The position numbers and the translations under genes were made by a program. Positions 3,536 through 5,507 of a stretch of DNA of 5,507 bases are shown piece after piece (positions within the stretch are counted from its first letter, which is position 1; the number at the start of each line of letters is the position of its first letter). The notes beneath the pieces were generated by a model that saw nothing but the letters and a program-made list of their open reading frames with translations, searched no databases and had not been told where the DNA came from. The DNA is from a virus: positions 1 to 5,507 of IMG/VR virus record IMGVR_UViG_3300034045_000042, one strand, 5' to 3'.

Positions 3536-4941
3536 TTCTTAATTGTATCAAAAAGGGCTTTATAACGGCTCTTTTTTTTGTGTCTTACAGCTCTATATCT
3601 GGTGTTATAGATGCACCATCCTCTGACCCAAAAGTCGTTTCTGGGTATATTCTCACTTGTACTAATTCTGCGTACGGTACAACTTCTATAGATATTGGGC
3701 TTGTGCCGTCCAAAACTAATGAAAATGGTTTATCTGGTTGTACATCTTGGTATATTAGTGAGATGACGCGAAAATTAATGTCGCACGGTTATTCATCTGT
3801 TTCTGTTCTTTCCGTTCAAGATTACACCGTCGTATTTGAAACAGAAACTGAATCCGGTTCCAAAAATACACAATCTGGTAATATTACATTTTTCTTTGGT
3901 TCTTATTCGTCTACTAAAACTTGTCCCAATGACACAAATATACAAGATTCTTATCCCCTAGATACAAATCAAGACGGCGAAATAGATCGTTGTGTTAATC
4001 CTGACATATTACCTATATATGACGATTGTTCCATTAATGACGTATATAACGTATCTGTTACTGATTCACGTGCTTGCTACACCAAACCTAACGGCTCTAA
4101 GTGTGCTGTTCAAGCTGTTTCCATTGGCGGTTCTTCTGTATATATGGGCGCAGAGGGTAACTGTTATGTTAATGATGAGCAATTAAATGATATTACAGCT
4201 AATCCTATTAATATTACCGAACCTGACCCTGATTTAAATAATTGTACTGATAATGGCGGTCTTTTAGCGTGTGCAGAAGATCCAAATAACGTTTGTGAAA
4301 ATGCTGGTTCTGTTGATTCTAACACTGCCCTTTCTTGTAATGCGCAATGTGGTTTTGTAAATGGTCAATTCTTATGCTTTGATGTTGATTCTGATTCTGA
4401 CGGTATCCCTGATTATTCTGATCCTGATATGATTAACACTGATACTGATACTGGCACTGATACTGGTACTGATACTGATACTGGTACTGATACTGATACT
4501 GGTACTGATACTGGTACTGATACTGGTGGTGTTGTTGTTGGTAATGATGGTAATGTTATTGTTAATGTTCCTGATACAGACCTTTCCCCAGTTGTTGATG
4601 CTATTAAAAAATTAAATGGTACTCGCACCGATGCTGATACTAATGTTTCTAATGGTTTAACATCTTTCTGGGAGTCCGAATATCCTGATGGTTTTAACGG
4701 TTTGCTCGATCAACAAATTACACAATTTAAATCTACTAGATTTTTTACTTTTTTAGATTCTTTTAATGCGTCTATTCCCGCGGGTTCTGAATATGATAAT
4801 TCATTCTGCTTTAATTTGGGTAAGTTAGGCAATTTCGGTTGCCATTCGCTTGATGTTCCGTCCTATGTTTGGTCAGCAATAAGAATTTTTATTCTCATTA
4901 CTTCGGCTTTTGCATGTCGTAAAATTATTTTTGGGGGTTAA
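3532..4941 (+). CDS. pIII-like minor coat / host-adsorption protein
   Basis: I prefer the GTG at 3532, with AGGGGG (3521..3526) 5 nt upstream; the alternative is the TTG at 3517. It begins with a signal-peptide-like N-terminus (MILNCIKKGFITALFFVSYSSISG). A Cys-rich N-terminal region with 14 Cys follows, then a 30-aa TD/TG repeat linker. The C-terminal domain has a two-Cys loop (FCFNLGKLGNFGC) followed by a TM anchor (VWSAIRIFILITSAFACRKIIFGG). This matches the architecture of Ff g3p. Confidence 0.8.
   Translation: MILNCIKKGFITALFFVSYSSISGVIDAPSSDPKVVSGYILTCTNSAYGTTSIDIGLVPSKTNENGLSGCTSWYISEMTRKLMSHGYSSVSVLSVQDYTVVFETETESGSKNTQSGNITFFFGSYSSTKTCPNDTNIQDSYPLDTNQDGEIDRCVNPDILPIYDDCSINDVYNVSVTDSRACYTKPNGSKCAVQAVSIGGSSVYMGAEGNCYVNDEQLNDITANPINITEPDPDLNNCTDNGGLLACAEDPNNVCENAGSVDSNTALSCNAQCGFVNGQFLCFDVDSDSDGIPDYSDPDMINTDTDTGTDTGTDTDTGTDTDTGTDTGTDTGGVVVGNDGNVIVNVPDTDLSPVVDAIKKLNGTRTDADTNVSNGLTSFWESEYPDGFNGLLDQQITQFKSTRFFTFLDSFNASIPAGSEYDNSFCFNLGKLGNFGCHSLDVPSYVWSAIRIFILITSAFACRKIIFGG
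4438..4527 (+). repeat. Hexanucleotide tandem repeat, 15 units of ACTGAT/ACTGGY, encoding (Thr-Asp/Thr-Gly)15
   Basis: Read directly from the sequence. The units are actgat x9, actggt x5 and actggc x1, all in frame within the pIII-like ORF, with nearly uniform codon choice. Confidence 0.95.
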
Positions 4942-4942
4942 A

Positions 4943-5272
4943 ATGCTAGATTTTCTCGGCGATAAACTATTTTATTTATTTGATACTCTTAAGGATTTTT
5001 TATATAGACTGGTTTTAACTATTTATGATATTCAAAAAGATTTGTTTTTGTGGATTTTCGAACAAGTATCAACTGGCGTGATTTATCTTGTGGATGGTCT
5101 TGGTTACTTGTTCGATGGCTTGAATATTACTCAATACATATCAGCAATACCACCACAGACTGCTTATATTATGAATCTTATCGGCTTTGGTGAGGCGATG
5201 GGTATGATAATCACTAGCTTAACTATTCGCATGTTATTACAGTTAATACCTTTTACTAGGTTAGGGAGTTAA
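4943..5272 (+). CDS. pVI/Ace-like minor coat membrane protein (109 aa)
   Basis: The ATG at 4943 has GGGGG (4933..4937) 5 nt upstream and lies 1 nt after the pIII stop. The protein is hydrophobic and sits between pIII and pI. Its C-terminal part, ...IPPQTAYIMNLIGFGEAMGMIITSLTIRMLLQLIPF..., resembles the ...LPPQ...RF(L/I)LRxIPF... tail I recall from CTXphi Ace / DUF2523-type proteins. The TTG at 4910 in the ORF track would overlap pIII and is less likely. Confidence 0.7.
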   Translation: MLDFLGDKLFYLFDTLKDFLYRLVLTIYDIQKDLFLWIFEQVSTGVIYLVDGLGYLFDGLNITQYISAIPPQTAYIMNLIGFGEAMGMIITSLTIRMLLQLIPFTRLGS

Positions 5273-5277
5273 GAAAA

Positions 5278-5507
5278 ATGGCTATTAATGGTATACAAGG
5301 TAAGCCGGGTGGCGGTAAATCTTATGAAGCTGTCGTAAATCATATAATCCCAACTATTACGCGAGATAGACGAAAAGTTGTTACTAATTTACCCTTGAAT
5401 GTTGAACATTTTGTTTCAGTTTTCGGTGATTATTGTCGCGATCTTATAGAAGTTGTTGACGGTCAATTTCACAATTATGGTGGCGAACGACCATTTTCTA
5501 AAAAAGA
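5278..5507 (+). CDS. Zot/pI-like assembly ATPase, N-terminal portion. It is 3'-truncated by the window edge and continues at nt 3 through the circular junction.
   Basis: The sequence starts MAINGIQGKPGGGKSYEAV..., giving a Walker A motif GKPGGGKS. The SD GGGAG (5264..5268) lies 9 nt upstream. 5278..5413 plus 1..1067 gives 1,203 nt, or 400 aa plus stop, with the frame preserved. Confidence 0.92.
   Translation, partial: MAINGIQGKPGGGKSYEAVVNHIIPTITRDRRKVVTNLPLNVEHFVSVFGDYCRDLIEVVDGQFHNYGGERPFSKK
5414..5507. repeat. Terminal direct repeat, copy 2 (circular-closure overlap)
   Basis: It is identical to 1..94. Confidence 0.95.

Larger units (their letters stand above)
1..5413 (+). mobile_element. 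Unit-length genome of a small filamentous ssDNA phage (inovirus-like), circularly permuted in this window
   Basis: There is an exact 94-nt terminal overlap (1..94 = 5414..5507). The gene set and order are typical of inoviruses: gpII-like Rep, small ssDNA-binding candidate, 44-aa coat protein, pIII-like, pVI-like and Zot/pI ATPase. Genes are tightly packed and almost all on one strand, several with overlapping stop/start codons. Confidence 0.85.

Noticed and set aside
4164-4173. TTATGTTAAT, resembling the XerD arm of dif (TTATGTTAAAT), considered as a possible attP
   Set aside because: It lies inside the pIII coding sequence and has no adjacent XerC-arm or central-region match. Other TTATGT occurrences are equally isolated. 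I cannot support a dif-like attP by eye, and a formal scan with host dif is needed.
4438-4527. Whether the regular short repeats could be a CRISPR-like array
   Set aside because: The units are 6 nt with no spacers and are fully in frame within a protein-coding gene, so this is a coding microsatellite and not a CRISPR array.
4413-4628. A 71-aa minus-strand ORF (SVPVSVPV...)
   Set aside because: Its openness comes from reading the ACTGAT/ACTGGT tandem repeat on the opposite strand, so it is an artefact of the repeat.

Overview
The window appears to be one complete, circularly permuted genome of a very small filamentous ssDNA phage (inovirus-like). Nt 1..94 are identical to nt 5414..5507, so the unit length is 5,413 nt. 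The Zot/pI morphogenesis ATPase ORF that starts at 5278 runs off the 3' end and continues in frame at nt 3, ending at 1067 (400 aa when joined). The sequence is visibly AT-rich and T-rich on the + strand, and every gene but one is on the + strand. Read from the only strong promoter (about 2526..2553), the gene order is: gV-like ssDNA-binding protein, a small CxxC...CxxC zinc-ribbon ORF, a 79-aa coat-like membrane ORF, a 44-aa leaderless major coat protein, a possible 30-aa hydrophobic ORF, a pIII-like Cys-rich adsorption protein with a (Thr-Asp/Thr-Gly)15 linker, a pVI/Ace-like protein, the pI/Zot ATPase, and a gpII-family replication initiator, followed by an intrinsic terminator (2290..2318). 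A 53-aa Arc/Mnt-like ribbon-helix-helix gene lies on the minus strand (2336..2497), between the terminator and the promoter. I could not recognise a pIV secretin, an integrase or a convincing dif-like attP. The most unusual non-coding signal is a G/C-rich island (1084..1131) between pI and gpII. It can fold either as nested hairpins closed by an 8-bp AT stem or as a canonical four-tract G-quadruplex. All product calls rest on motif, architecture and synteny reading only; no database search was possible.
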